DNA of 64,000 bases from Dehalococcoidia bacterium (GTDB taxonomy: Bacteria; Chloroflexota; Dehalococcoidia; Bin125), in assembly GCA_963663185.1 (NCBI GenBank), contig OY760135.1, forward strand, positions 463,684 through 527,683, read 5' to 3'. Within the stretch, counting starts at the first letter, position 1; the number at the start of each line of letters is the position of its first letter. The notes under the pieces were generated by a model, which searched no databases, was not told where the DNA came from, and worked only from the letters and a program-made list of their open reading frames with translations. This document shows, piece after piece, positions 1 through 10,025 of the stretch. Both the position numbers and the translations under genes were made by a program.

Positions 1-129
1 GGCGACTCTCGACGCAGTCTAGCAGGCTGCTGAACTACGGATGATACGCGCCAGACCTGGCCATCTTCGACGAGTGGACACACGCTGAGCAGCGATCGAC
101 TGGAGGTCCTGTAAGTGAGAGGGCGGGAT

Positions 130-1290
130 CCGGGGCGCTGGTTCCGACGCCTGAGGCCGCGTCGGCGCGGTTCAGCTATGCGGCGGCCGCCTGGATGTTG
201 GCCAGGCGGGTGAGGTTGTAGGCGGCGGCGGTCAGTTCCAACCAGAGCTTGTTGCGGGCCTGTCCGAGATAGCGTAGCTTGCCGCTGGCCTCGACCGTCT
301 TGATCCAGCCGAAGACCTCTTCGACCCGTTTGCGCCGACGTTGACTCTGGCGGCAGCCCTCATGCCGCGTGGTCCGGCCATCGATCGCGCTGCGCCAGCC
401 TGTTCGTTCTGGGCGATGTGCGGCGTACCCCCATCGCCCGCAGGTCCCAGACGAAGTCCCGCGTGTCGTAGCCACGGTCGGCGCCCAGCGTGGCCGGCCC
501 CCGGACGCTGCGCTCCAGCATCGCCAGCGCCGCCTCACGTTCGGCGTAGCCGTCGGCTTCGGTCAGCTCGACATCAACGACCAGCCCGTGACGGTTCTCG
601 GTCAGCAGATGGCCCAGGTAGCAGAGCCTGGCCTCCTGCTGCTTGCCCTTGCGATAGAGCCGCGCCTCAGGGTCGGTGGTCGACTCGTGCGTGTCGCGGC
701 GGCGGCGTTCGCCCTTGAAGTCGACGTCGTGGTTGCGACCGCCGCCTCTGGGTGGTCGCTCATCGCGCGGTCGATAGCTCTTATGCGAGGCCCAGGCGTC
801 GAGCAGCGTGCCGTCGACGCTGAAGTGGTCCTGAGAGAGCAGCCGGCGACGCCTGGCTTCCTTGACCACTTCCTTGAGCAAGACCCGCGCGGCATCGGCT
901 TCCAGCAGCCGCTCGCGGTTCTTCGTGAAGGTCGTTGGATGGAACGGTTCGTCCTCGACATTCAGGTCCAGGAACCACTTGAACAGCAGGTTGTAGCGCA
1001 GCTGCTCGCAGAACTGGCGCTCCGAGCGGATCGTATAGAAGGCCATCAGGAGGCCTGACTTGAGCAGGTGCTCGGGCGGAATCGAGGGTCGTCCGTTGTC
1101 CGCGTAGATCTCGTCGAACAGGGGCGACATGCGCCGCAGGGCCGAGTCGGCCAAGGGCTTGATCCGCCGCAATGGGTGACTCTTGGGCACGAAGCCCTCT
1201 GGCGTCAACCCCAACATCATCGTCGCCTGTCGCTCAGTCTCGCCGCGCATCGCAGACCTCCTTCAGCTATCGGTTCAATACCTCCGCCAT
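130..1290 (-). mobile_element. IS5-family insertion sequence (boundaries approximate)
   Basis: Contains a DDE transposase split over two overlapping minus-strand frames (360..1250 and 176..538). A GATCCGGGG motif lies near both ends (about 135-145 and 1325-1335, inverted) but may be coincidental. Confidence 0.6.
176..1250 (-). pseudogene. IS5-family DDE transposase, frameshifted (or programmed frameshift)
   Basis: The N-terminal ORF 360..1250 has the DDE region (ADRGYDTRDFV ... LRAMGV). The C-terminal ORF 176..538 carries the IS5 C-terminal signature from RRRKRVEEVFGWIK ... LRYLGQARNKLWLELTAAAYNLTRL; its first ~70 aa are out-of-frame. The frames switch around 360-440. Confidence 0.75.
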
Positions 1291-1294
1291 GATC

Positions 1295-1502
1295 TCACAT
1301 ACCCTTCTTCAGCAGCCTGCTAGGCGGACCCCGGATCAGGTGGAACACGGCTTCCTCTGCTTCAAGCGACGCTTCGACCACTTGGACGTGCGCTACGGGG
1401 GGGGGCTGGCCAAGATTCGCCCACGGTTGGCCTTGCTCATGCTCTTCACTAACCTGCTGATCGCCAAGTTGAAAATGGCTATACGCGACCGCATTGCCTC
1501 TA
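1295..1502 (+). pseudogene. Remnant C-terminal fragment of a second IS5-family transposase
   Basis: Translation VEHGFLCFKRRFDHLDVRYGGGLAKIRPRLALLMLFTNLLIAKL matches the IS5-family transposase C-terminal motif (IE..F..LK..f...RYRGLakv...l..a.NL). Only about 70 aa are present, fused in-frame to the downstream cas ORF (artefactual ORF 1172..2848). Confidence 0.6.
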
Positions 1503-1657
1503 AAGGCCCCCGAGACGACAGTCAACTAAGACGCAGCCGATCCGGCCGCCACAACGGCACGCCCAGATGCGATCCTAAGCCAGTAGGTGTGGTTCAGATC
1601 GTTGACATCGCGCTATCACGGCTACGCTTAGTCTGTTCAGTAAGAAGGGCGGCAACT

Positions 1658-2848
1658 GTGCTCGATCTCGAAAGACTCTTGCGTGGCTGTGCAGACGACA
1701 GCGTCGACGACGGCATTCGAATCGATTCTGATCTGCAGCCGCTCTCTGGACCGGACGGGCTCGTGAAGCCAGCGGTTTACGAAGGCGGGACTTACCAACT
1801 AGACCGACGCTGGGCCGATCCAGGAGATGATTCGCCCACGCAAGTGATTGTGATCGATAACGTTCCGTCCCAGGCGAATCGCTTGGAACATGCCCTGTGG
1901 CGTGATCGACATTTGATCGGCATTCCCGAATTCATCCTCGACCTATCGGACATGAACTGGTTGCCGTCGCATTTGCCGCGGTCCATTTCCAGCCTCAAGT
2001 TCCCGCATCGCAATGCCGATGCCTACCTCCGAGATGCCATGCTGGACGGCCAGCCCTTCACTAGAACCGATTTAGGCCAAGCCATCTTCGCAGCCACTGC
2101 ACAGGAATCCAGTGCGCTCATGTCCTGGTTTCCGCAGGCGCTGCTGTATGGATTCTGGCAGTCGCATCTGGGACGTAAACGCCACAACAGCAAGCATGCT
2201 CGGGCATGGGTGTCCGAGATCATCGGCTGGCAGCCTGCCGCACTGGAGACAAAGAGCTTCGGGCTCAAGGGTGATCCCTTGAACCTGAACACCGATGATG
2301 CCGTCAACTCGAACCCGGATGATCGAACGCAGTGGGGCATTGGCCAGGAAGCGAAAGTCGAAGGAGGTAGACGCGACAAGCTCTCGGAAATGGGGCACGG
2401 CCAGGTTCCCTTCATGGGTGAGGACGCAGCCGCCTCTGCCGTCTCGTTTCAGCGCGTGACCCAGCGGGCGACCGTTTCCTTCGCCCAGCTCCGGCGGGTC
2501 AGCCTGGGCAGGGAAGCGTCAACAGAGGCTGACGGCGCGGCAAGAGCCCTATTGGCCGCTCTCGGGCTTCATGCTCATCAGCTCGCATTCGGGCGCGCGT
2601 TCGCGCTGCGTTCTGGTGCCGATCTACGAGCGAGCGCGAGGACCGTGACGTGGCTCGGCTCTTCGAACGATGAAGAATGCGATCTCGGAGGTATCGATGG
2701 GACGCGGGAATTGCTCGCTGCCTGCCGAAGCCACGCCGCCTCGGTCGGAGTGCCCCTCAATGGCTGGGATCAACCCCCAATCATGCTGCAGCCTGGTGAC
2801 GCCTTGGCCAAGGCGATTCGCTCGACCTGGCCCAAACTGGACGACTGA
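1658..2848 (+). CDS. csb1: Type I-G/I-U Cas7-like backbone protein (Csb1-like); start uncertain, GTG at 1658 proposed
   Basis: First gene of a translationally coupled cas operon (its stop overlaps the next ATG as TGATG at 2846-2850). Family assignment rests on position immediately upstream of the Csb2-like gene and on size, not on a motif I can name. The ORF-track start at 1172 is chimeric with IS debris. Confidence 0.45.
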   Translation: MLDLERLLRGCADDSVDDGIRIDSDLQPLSGPDGLVKPAVYEGGTYQLDRRWADPGDDSPTQVIVIDNVPSQANRLEHALWRDRHLIGIPEFILDLSDMNWLPSHLPRSISSLKFPHRNADAYLRDAMLDGQPFTRTDLGQAIFAATAQESSALMSWFPQALLYGFWQSHLGRKRHNSKHARAWVSEIIGWQPAALETKSFGLKGDPLNLNTDDAVNSNPDDRTQWGIGQEAKVEGGRRDKLSEMGHGQVPFMGEDAAASAVSFQRVTQRATVSFAQLRRVSLGREASTEADGAARALLAALGLHAHQLAFGRAFALRSGADLRASARTVTWLGSSNDEECDLGGIDGTRELLAACRSHAASVGVPLNGWDQPPIMLQPGDALAKAIRSTWPKLDD

Positions 2849-4284
2849 TGCTGTCGATCACGGTCGAATTCCTGCACGGCACGTTCCGCGGAGATCCGAA
2901 CGGCACCGCGAACACGGGCCGCTTGACCCGAGCGGAGTGGCCGCCTTCGCCGGCGCGACTGTTCGCGGCATTCGTCGCCGCTGATGGTACGGGAGCAGCG
3001 TGCCGCGTCACCGACGGCGCAGAACTTGAGTGGTTCGAATGCTTGCCGCCACCGTCGATCTATGCGCAAGCGGTCCCGCACCACCAACCGCTTAGGCCTC
3101 GGTTCGTCGTTCGTCACGGCGGTAGCGCCACAAAGGGAAGTCATCAGGAGTATGTGGGCAGAGCGACAGCCATCAATCGCGCCGGCGTGCGGGTCGCACT
3201 GAACATCCCGCAGGTGGTCTATGCGTGGGACAGTGAACCACCGGAGGCCGCCATTCTTGATGCGCTTCGGCTTCGCGCGGCTCGGGTGGGCTATCTCGGC
3301 TCCTCGGATTCGCCGGTGCGCGTTCGCGTCACCACAGACTTGCCTCGCTCAGCAGAACTGACCGACGCGTTCATCCCTGATCCTGTCGGCGGCATGCTGA
3401 TCAACGTGACACAGGTTGGAGACCTTCAGCACTGGGATCGCCTGTACAGGCAGTGGACGGAGCGAGGCGCCTCGGCCGGCCGATCGCAGTATCCGGCGCT
3501 GGTGCACGCCTCCCGCTATCGATCACCAACAGAGGCGAGAGTCGAAGACCAGGGAGAAGTCGTGGCCTGGCTGCGGCTTGCCAGCGCTGTCTCTGGGCGT
3601 CGGATCGCGGCGCTCACGGCGCTATTCAAGGATGCCGTCCTCAGCCAACATCAGCGCATTCACGGCACCCCTCCGGCGGAGTTACACGGACACGGATACA
3701 CCGGAACGGGATATGACATCGCCCGCTATCTGGCGCTTCCTGATGTCGGCTATGCACGATCACGAGGACGAATCCACGGCCTGGCCCTCTGGCTGCCTCC
3801 AGATACTGATGCGAAGATTCGCCAGACTGCCAGCGACGCTGCTCGCTCGATACGGAAGCTCAAGGGCGACGGCATTGACGTGGACATCTCGCCACACGAT
3901 GGCGAAGCTCGTCCTTTTGCCGCCAATCCCGACCGTTGGTTGCGGTCTTCTCGCACTTGGATCACAGCCGTCCCCGCGATTCACGAGCGGCGACGATCGC
4001 TGGATCTTGAGGAAGTTACGCGCTGGTGCAAGCACGCCGGGATACCCGACCCAACAGCGTTCCGAGCGGCCCGCGTGCCCTTCGTTCCAGGTGCTCTCGA
4101 CCTGGCGCCGAGTGAAGTGAACCGTCGCGACCGGCCTCCGCTTCCTTACTCACACATTGAGCTGAGGTTCAATCGCCCGGTACCTGGGCCGTTTGCAATT
4201 GGATCTGGTCGGCAACGGGGCTTCGGACTCTGCGTTCCACTTCATACCGGAACTGACGGTCAGCATCACACAGCGAAACAATGA
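2848..4284 (+). CDS. csb2: Type I-G/I-U Cas5/Cas6-fusion-like protein (Csb2-like)
   Basis: N-terminus MLSITVEFLHGTFRG...RAEWPPSPARLFAAFVAA matches the conserved EWPPxP-ARLF-A-V motif I recall for the Csb2 (GSU0054) family. 478 aa; start overlaps upstream stop and stop overlaps cas3 start (ATGA). Confidence 0.6.
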   Translation: MLSITVEFLHGTFRGDPNGTANTGRLTRAEWPPSPARLFAAFVAADGTGAACRVTDGAELEWFECLPPPSIYAQAVPHHQPLRPRFVVRHGGSATKGSHQEYVGRATAINRAGVRVALNIPQVVYAWDSEPPEAAILDALRLRAARVGYLGSSDSPVRVRVTTDLPRSAELTDAFIPDPVGGMLINVTQVGDLQHWDRLYRQWTERGASAGRSQYPALVHASRYRSPTEARVEDQGEVVAWLRLASAVSGRRIAALTALFKDAVLSQHQRIHGTPPAELHGHGYTGTGYDIARYLALPDVGYARSRGRIHGLALWLPPDTDAKIRQTASDAARSIRKLKGDGIDVDISPHDGEARPFAANPDRWLRSSRTWITAVPAIHERRRSLDLEEVTRWCKHAGIPDPTAFRAARVPFVPGALDLAPSEVNRRDRPPLPYSHIELRFNRPVPGPFAIGSGRQRGFGLCVPLHTGTDGQHHTAKQ

Positions 4285-7064
4285 GCGTGCCGCAAACAAC
4301 GTTCTCCGACTTTTACCGGGCTGTCCATGGCCATCCGCCTTTCCCCTGGCAGGCGCGTCTGGCCGAGCAGATCGCTCGGACCGACGAGTGGCCGGCCGAG
4401 ATTGGCGTGCCTACCGGACTTGGCAAGACGGCCTGCTTGGACATTGCGATCTGGTGGCTGGCGTCCCAGGCAGACCGCCACCCGAGCCAGCGGACCGCGC
4501 CAACCCGCATCTGGTGGGTGGTCAATCGGCGTCTGTTGGTCGATTCGACGGCTGAACACGCTGAGCGCCTGGCGCAAATGCTTGCCGCACCTGCCCTGGC
4601 CGGATTGGAAGGCCCGGCGCTGGCGGCGATTGACGATGTAGCCGAGCGCCTCAGTCGTCTCTCGACGATTGCAGACCTACCTCCGCTGGACGTGATTCGA
4701 TTGCGCGGCGGTGTGGCCTCCCGAGCCCCGACCGACCCATCACGCCCGACCGTGATCCTGTGCACCCTGCCAATGTTCGGTTCCTGGCTCTTGTTTCGTG
4801 GGTACGGTTCGAGGTACCGCCCGATCGACGCCGCGATGGCGGGCACCGACAGTCTCGTGCTCCTGGATGAGGCGCATCTGGTCCCCCACCTGACGTCGCT
4901 CGTGGCTGCCTTGGGTGATTGTGCACCCGCCGCGCAGGCGATTCCTGGCGATGCTCGCTCCAGCGCCAGATTGATCTCGTTGACCGCGACAGGCGATCCT
5001 TCAGGTTCCAGATTTGACCTAGACGAATCAGATGAAGCGAATCCGATCGTGAGGAAGCGGCTCGATGCCGCGAAGCCGCTGGAGATTAGGCGGCTCGAAA
5101 GAGGCGAGATTGCCAAGCGCCTAGCGGACTCGGCACTCGAACTCCTGTTGCAGGCAGCTTCGCCGGCAGCCTGCCTGGTCTTCGCCAATACCCCGAAGAC
5201 GGCACGGGAAACGTTCGGCCACCTACAGGGCAAACTGCCAGAGACAGAGACTGAACTGCTATTGCTCACCGGGCTCGCTCGCGAACGGGAGGCGGAATGG
5301 ATCCGCCGGCGGATCCTCGATCCGGCCGAGGGCATGGCCGTCAATCGAAGAGACGACAGCCCGCGCCGCCGGCACCTAATCGTTGTTGCAACGCAGACGC
5401 TTGAGGTGGGCGCCGATCTCGATGCCGAATATCTCGTCACCGAGGCTTGCGGCGTGCGGGCGCTGACTCAGCGCTTGGGCAGGTTGAACCGGCTCGGCCG
5501 TCACCCTCACGCTCGGGGGATATACATCCATCTCCCTCCGCCTAAGCGGCGCGGCGGTTCAACGTCGGAGGAATGGCCCGTCTATGGTTCGGAGCCAGCA
5601 GCGGTCCTGAGCCGACTGGATGTTGCATCCGCAGGGGGCGACGTTCGAGTCGTGGATTTGTCGCCGAGGCGGGTGGCTGAAGTCCTCGGCCCTCCTGGCG
5701 ACGATCCCGGACGCGCGCCCGAACTCTTGCCTGGCATCCTCTGGGAGTGGACGAAAACGACAATCCCACCCGATGGCGAGGCCCCGGTTGAGCCGTACTT
5801 GAGCGGCATCGCGGGCGCCGAATACAGGGTTGCCCTTTGTTGGCGCGTGCACATACCTGAGCAAGGTGAGCGCCTTTGGCCGCGGGCAAGCGACGGTGAA
5901 ACCGTTGATGTCCCAATCGCGGAAGTGCGAGAGGCGCTTCGGATGGACGATGTCGTCCATCGCCTGGCATCTGATGGGGTCACTGTGGAAACCGTTGAGC
6001 CTGGACTTCTTCGCCCGGGAGACCAGCTTGTGATTTCAGCTGACCGTGGTCTCTTGGACGGATTTGGCTGGAATCCGGCCGCCACCGGCCGCGTCGTAGA
6101 CACGTCCCTCATCGGCCAGGGGCTGCCCCTCGACAGAAAGGCGATCAAACGGCTCTGCGAAGTCGAACTGGAACCGCACGTCTTGGCCGCGTTGGAAACG
6201 GCCGAGGACGGCGATACCGATCAAGAAGAACGAAGCGCAGCGGTAGCGACAGTGTTACAGCAAGTTCGCGATGCGAAGACGCCGGACGGATGGGACGATG
6301 CTGAATGGGCCGAGTTCACCCAGTCACTCTCGTTGGTGGTCGAAGAAGCGCGCCACGAAGTTCCCCGGCTGCGGGCTAATGTTTCTGGGTCAACCCGGCC
6401 GCGCAGCGACCTGGGCAGTGAGTTCGACGAACTGTCTCTGCATTCTGCCTCGGTTGGACTCGAAGAACACGGCCGGGAAGTCGGCGCGATGGCTCGCTCG
6501 ATTGCTGGGAACATCGGCCTCTCTGATGACCTTGTGGACGTAGTGGGGCTCGCGGGACTGCTGCACGATATCGGCAAGGCCGATGAACGGTTCCAGCGCT
6601 GGCTCGATCCCGAAGGCGAACAGAGTGCGCTCTTGGCGAAGTCCAACACGCCGCGGCATCGTTGGGAGGCGACCCGCGCTGACGCTGGATGGCCCCGCGG
6701 CGGTCGACACGAGGATATCTCGGCTCGTCTGGTCAGGACGTGGCTCGAACAGAACCCAGCATGGGGTGATCCAGTGCGCAGGGATCTGTTGCTGCACCTC
6801 GTAATCAGCCACCACGGCAAGGGTCGGCCGTTGGTCCCGCCTGCTGCCGACGGCACCGCGAGAATAGTCTCTGCACAGGTGAACGGCACATCCGTCACGG
6901 CACAAGCGGACCTCTCCATCGTTGACTGGAGTCAGCCGCGACGGTTCAGGCAGCTCAACGACCAGTTCGGACCCTGGGGTCTGGCCTTGCTGGAGTCGAT
7001 TGTGCGATTGGCAGACCATGCCGTTTCGGCCGGCGTGGTTTTGTCTGGGGAGGTGACTCAATGA
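4281..7064 (+). CDS. cas3: Cas3 helicase-nuclease with C-terminal HD domain (type I-G/I-U architecture)
   Basis: SF2 helicase motif I VPTGLGKT, motif II LLDEAHL, later RLGRLNRLGR. C-terminal HD domain LLHDIGKADERFQ ... ISHHGKGRP. The helicase-then-HD order is typical of I-U/I-G Cas3. Confidence 0.85.
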   Translation: MSVPQTTFSDFYRAVHGHPPFPWQARLAEQIARTDEWPAEIGVPTGLGKTACLDIAIWWLASQADRHPSQRTAPTRIWWVVNRRLLVDSTAEHAERLAQMLAAPALAGLEGPALAAIDDVAERLSRLSTIADLPPLDVIRLRGGVASRAPTDPSRPTVILCTLPMFGSWLLFRGYGSRYRPIDAAMAGTDSLVLLDEAHLVPHLTSLVAALGDCAPAAQAIPGDARSSARLISLTATGDPSGSRFDLDESDEANPIVRKRLDAAKPLEIRRLERGEIAKRLADSALELLLQAASPAACLVFANTPKTARETFGHLQGKLPETETELLLLTGLAREREAEWIRRRILDPAEGMAVNRRDDSPRRRHLIVVATQTLEVGADLDAEYLVTEACGVRALTQRLGRLNRLGRHPHARGIYIHLPPPKRRGGSTSEEWPVYGSEPAAVLSRLDVASAGGDVRVVDLSPRRVAEVLGPPGDDPGRAPELLPGILWEWTKTTIPPDGEAPVEPYLSGIAGAEYRVALCWRVHIPEQGERLWPRASDGETVDVPIAEVREALRMDDVVHRLASDGVTVETVEPGLLRPGDQLVISADRGLLDGFGWNPAATGRVVDTSLIGQGLPLDRKAIKRLCEVELEPHVLAALETAEDGDTDQEERSAAVATVLQQVRDAKTPDGWDDAEWAEFTQSLSLVVEEARHEVPRLRANVSGSTRPRSDLGSEFDELSLHSASVGLEEHGREVGAMARSIAGNIGLSDDLVDVVGLAGLLHDIGKADERFQRWLDPEGEQSALLAKSNTPRHRWEATRADAGWPRGGRHEDISARLVRTWLEQNPAWGDPVRRDLLLHLVISHHGKGRPLVPPAADGTARIVSAQVNGTSVTAQADLSIVDWSQPRRFRQLNDQFGPWGLALLESIVRLADHAVSAGVVLSGEVTQ

Positions 7065-7960
7065 CAGAGTTTGACTGCCCTGGCTGGCCTGCATCCTGGG
7101 TTAACGCCTGGCTTGCGGCGGTCGGGGCTACTCTGCTCGACGAACGCATTCGCCTGAGTTGGACTGATGAAGCCGAGCCCAAGGCTGTGCTTGCGTGCAC
7201 GACGATTGATCCTCTTGACGCCCTCACGGAGTCGTGGCCAGACGCCGACTTTCTGTCCACTCTGCCGATTGCTGAGGACTGGCAAGGCGCGGGTCGGCTC
7301 GGACGGAAGGTGAAGGTTGCAGACTTCAGAGTGCGCGCACGATCGGCTCGAAGCAACAATCGAGCATGGACCCTTTCGTCGACAATCACCGATCTCAGCG
7401 TCGACCGGCAGGGAGAAGTCCTTCACGCGCCGTTCGATCCGGCAGGTCCCGGGACTACGAAATGGCTGCACCACCGTCTGGTGAAGGTCCATCGGCACGT
7501 GAGGTGCCCATTGTCAACCTTGCGAGCGTCGCTTAGCGGACAAGCCGAACGTGTGAAGGACAATGGCTTGGGTTTCGACCAGACCAGACTCGGTTCCCTA
7601 CAGGACGCGACGGATCCCTGGGTTGATCCGATTGTTGAAGTGTTAGCCTTCTTTGGTCTAGGCATTTTTCCTGTACGCGGCCGCGGGGTTGACGGACAAC
7701 TTGACCGCTCAGCCGACCTCCGCGTGCGACAGCGAGGGTGGCGGCAATCAGAGGTTCGCGGCGAACCAGCAAGTTTCCTCTGGCCTGCGTGGCACCAGCC
7801 ACTTGATCGCGACGGGATCGATGCTCTATTGGATGCCTGGAAACCAGATCGTCAAGACACCTGGTCGCAGCTAGGCATTCACGCCGGGTGGCATACCATC
7901 CAGTTTCAACGCAGAGGTGATGCCGATTCGACGCGCGCGTTCGGATCAGCGCGACTATGA
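7061..7960 (+). CDS. Cas-operon protein of unknown role (Csb3-like; possibly the large-subunit/Cas8u equivalent)
   Basis: 299-aa ORF translationally coupled between cas3 and cas4. No motif recognised; assignment by position only, from a recalled Dpsyc-subtype order csb1-csb2-cas3-csb3-cas4-cas1-cas2. Confidence 0.35.
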   Translation: MTEFDCPGWPASWVNAWLAAVGATLLDERIRLSWTDEAEPKAVLACTTIDPLDALTESWPDADFLSTLPIAEDWQGAGRLGRKVKVADFRVRARSARSNNRAWTLSSTITDLSVDRQGEVLHAPFDPAGPGTTKWLHHRLVKVHRHVRCPLSTLRASLSGQAERVKDNGLGFDQTRLGSLQDATDPWVDPIVEVLAFFGLGIFPVRGRGVDGQLDRSADLRVRQRGWRQSEVRGEPASFLWPAWHQPLDRDGIDALLDAWKPDRQDTWSQLGIHAGWHTIQFQRRGDADSTRAFGSARL

Positions 7961-8574
7961 GTCCTGAGCCTGTCGTCCAAATCTCGGCGATCGAGCACTT
8001 TATCTATTGTCCGCGGCAGTGCGCCATCATCCACTGCGATGGCGTCTGGAGCGACAACACCCACACCGTTAGGGGCACGCGCGCGCACCGACGAGTGGAT
8101 TCTGGCGAGCATCGTCGCGAACGGGGACGGCAGGTGCTGCGCTCAATCCCGCTCTGGTCGGAGGCGCTTGGGCTAACCGGCCGCGCAGACGCGGTGGAGG
8201 TACAAGAGGACTTGGTGTGGCCAGTGGAATACAAGGCCGGAGTTCGCCACGGCAACGCCGCGGACCTTCAACTGTGTGCCCAAGCGCTCTGTCTCGAAGA
8301 GATGCTTGAGATTGAGATTGCGCACGGGTACGTGTGGTATGGCGGCCCGAGAAGACGCGTGAAGGTTGACTTTACAGAGGCGCTGCGCAAGGAAGTACAC
8401 GAGGTCATTGCGGCGATCAGGAAACAACTGCTGACGTTCAGTTTGCCGGAAGCACCGAACGACGCGCGCTGCCAAGAGTGCCAGCTCTTGCACCACTGCT
8501 TACCGGAGCTCAGCAGCGCTCCGCTTCGAGTAAATCGTTACATTGAGAACGTCGTCTTCCAATGCGATACCTAA
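7957..8574 (+). CDS. cas4: Cas4 (RecB-like nuclease with Fe-S cysteines)
   Basis: N-terminal YCPRQC and C-terminal CQECQLLHHC cysteine cluster; conserved VEYK in the middle. Stand-alone, not fused to cas1. Confidence 0.8.
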   Translation: MSPEPVVQISAIEHFIYCPRQCAIIHCDGVWSDNTHTVRGTRAHRRVDSGEHRRERGRQVLRSIPLWSEALGLTGRADAVEVQEDLVWPVEYKAGVRHGNAADLQLCAQALCLEEMLEIEIAHGYVWYGGPRRRVKVDFTEALRKEVHEVIAAIRKQLLTFSLPEAPNDARCQECQLLHHCLPELSSAPLRVNRYIENVVFQCDT

Positions 8575-9578
8575 ACACCGTTTACGTTCGGGACCATCGT
8601 GCTCAGATTCGCCATCGTAAAGGATCACTGATCGTCTCTTCGCCAACAGGCAGCCAGCGAGTCCCATTGGAGGCGGTAGATGGATTGGTGTTGCTGGGTG
8701 GAGCTCAAATTACGTCGCAAGCGCTTGACGCCTGCGTCCGTGGTGGCGTGCGCGTCGCAGCACTCAAGATGAGTGGTGCTGTCCGCTTCGTCGTCCTCGG
8801 TCCCACGAGTGGCAACGTGCATTTGCGGACAGCACAGTTCGAAGCCGTCATGGACGACAATCGATCGTTGACAATGGCCCAGTCGATCGTGGCAGCGAAA
8901 CTGCAGAACAGCAGGAAAGTCGTCGCGCGCTGGGCGAGGGACGAGAAGCGCCCCGCTGAGGCTGAGCAGCTTGCATCACGTGCATCGCAGATCGAGGCGC
9001 GGATTGCGCGCTTGCCGAAAGCTGAATCGGCGAACGGCGTGCGCGGCATAGAAGGCGACGCAGCGAGAATCTACTTTCGCGCTCTCAGGCTGGCACTATC
9101 GTCAAGCGAGCTCGAGTTCTCGGGTCGCACACGCCGACCGCCGAGAGACCCCATCAATGCACTGATGGGGTTCTGCTATGGCATGGTCGTGACCGAGTGC
9201 ATCGGCGCCGCCGAGAGTGTCGGCTTGGACTTTCAGATGGGATGCTTCCACCGGCCCCGCGCCGGTCGACCCTCACTTGCGCTCGACTTGGCGGAAGAGT
9301 TTCGTGCGCTCACGGACAGGTTCGTTGTCTCGCTGGTCCGCCGCCGGCAGATCGGCCCCGATGACTTTGACCACACACCCGGAGGCGCTGTGTATCTCAG
9401 CGATGGCGGCAGAACTCGGCTGCTCGCTTCCTGGGAGCAGCACAAGGAGACGGAGATTTATCACCAGTTGCTGGGCCGTCCAGTCGAGCGATGGGCACTG
9501 CCGTCGGTCCAGGCCACGCTTCTCGCTCGCCACCTGCGTGGAGACCTTCCAGCCTATCCACCGTTCGTGTTGCCCTAA
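8562..9578 (+). CDS. cas1: Cas1 integrase
   Basis: 338 aa, Cas1-like N-terminus (MRYLNTVYVRDHRAQIRHRKGSLIV ...) and acidic C-terminal half. Overlaps cas4 end and precedes cas2. Confidence 0.85.
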   Translation: MRYLNTVYVRDHRAQIRHRKGSLIVSSPTGSQRVPLEAVDGLVLLGGAQITSQALDACVRGGVRVAALKMSGAVRFVVLGPTSGNVHLRTAQFEAVMDDNRSLTMAQSIVAAKLQNSRKVVARWARDEKRPAEAEQLASRASQIEARIARLPKAESANGVRGIEGDAARIYFRALRLALSSSELEFSGRTRRPPRDPINALMGFCYGMVVTECIGAAESVGLDFQMGCFHRPRAGRPSLALDLAEEFRALTDRFVVSLVRRRQIGPDDFDHTPGGAVYLSDGGRTRLLASWEQHKETEIYHQLLGRPVERWALPSVQATLLARHLRGDLPAYPPFVLP

Positions 9579-9582
9579 GACC

Positions 9583-9873
9583 ATGGACGTTATCGTCACT
9601 TACGATATCGCTGACACGCAAGGAGCAGGCCGGGTGCGCCTCAGACGCGTGGCCGACGTCTGCGGAAAGTACGGTCAACGGGTCCAGTTCTCAGTGTTCG
9701 AGTGTCGCCTCTCGAACACGAAGCTGACCCGTATGATCGGCGAGATCGAGGACGTAATCGATCGTCGGAAAGACTCTGTGATCGTCTACCGGTTCCCTGG
9801 TGCTGCTGAAGACTCGAAAATTCACCTTGGCCGCACCGATTCGCGAAAGCTCGGGGAACCTTGGATACTCTGA
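9583..9873 (+). CDS. cas2: Cas2
   Basis: ATG at 9583, 96 aa: MDVIVTYDIADTQGAGRVRLRRVADVCGKYGQRVQFSVFECRL... is the typical Cas2 fold signature. The ORF-track start at 9217 is an upstream in-frame extension. Confidence 0.8.
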   Translation: MDVIVTYDIADTQGAGRVRLRRVADVCGKYGQRVQFSVFECRLSNTKLTRMIGEIEDVIDRRKDSVIVYRFPGAAEDSKIHLGRTDSRKLGEPWIL

Positions 9874-10025
9874 GCACCGCTGCGAACCGCCGGTGATTCG
9901 GTTTCTCAACCGCCCGAAATGCTCCATGTCAGCGAAAGCAGACTTTCAAGTGACCTCCACGGGTAGTAGAATCACGAAGAAGGGAGTCTTGCCCCTCCGC
10001 CTTGACAACAGAATCCGATTTAGCA
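9874..10025 (+). promoter_or_regulatory. Putative CRISPR leader
   Basis: 152-bp region between cas2 stop and first repeat. The terminal, degenerate repeat is at the opposite end of the array, consistent with a leader here. Confidence 0.5.

Noticed and set aside
127-1340. Possible terminal inverted repeat GATCCGGGG at about 135-145 and 1325-1335 defining a larger IS
   Set aside because: Only 9 nt match, and the right copy would lie inside the second IS remnant. Cannot distinguish from chance in GC-rich DNA, so IS boundaries left approximate.
1172-2848. 558-aa ORF spanning IS remnant and first cas gene
   Set aside because: The first about 110 aa are the C-terminus of an IS5-family transposase and out-of-context low-complexity sequence. 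The real cas gene most likely starts near 1658. Treated as a chimeric ORF-calling artefact.
4313-5440. 375-aa antisense ORF within cas3, and similar long antisense ORFs (13486..14328, 33826..34629, 38788..40221, 47064..48365, 54617..55732, 57159..58085, 60533..61657)
   Set aside because: High-GC genomes generate long stop-free antisense frames. Each overlaps a gene with strong motif support on the opposite strand, and their products are Arg/Ala/Pro-rich low-complexity.
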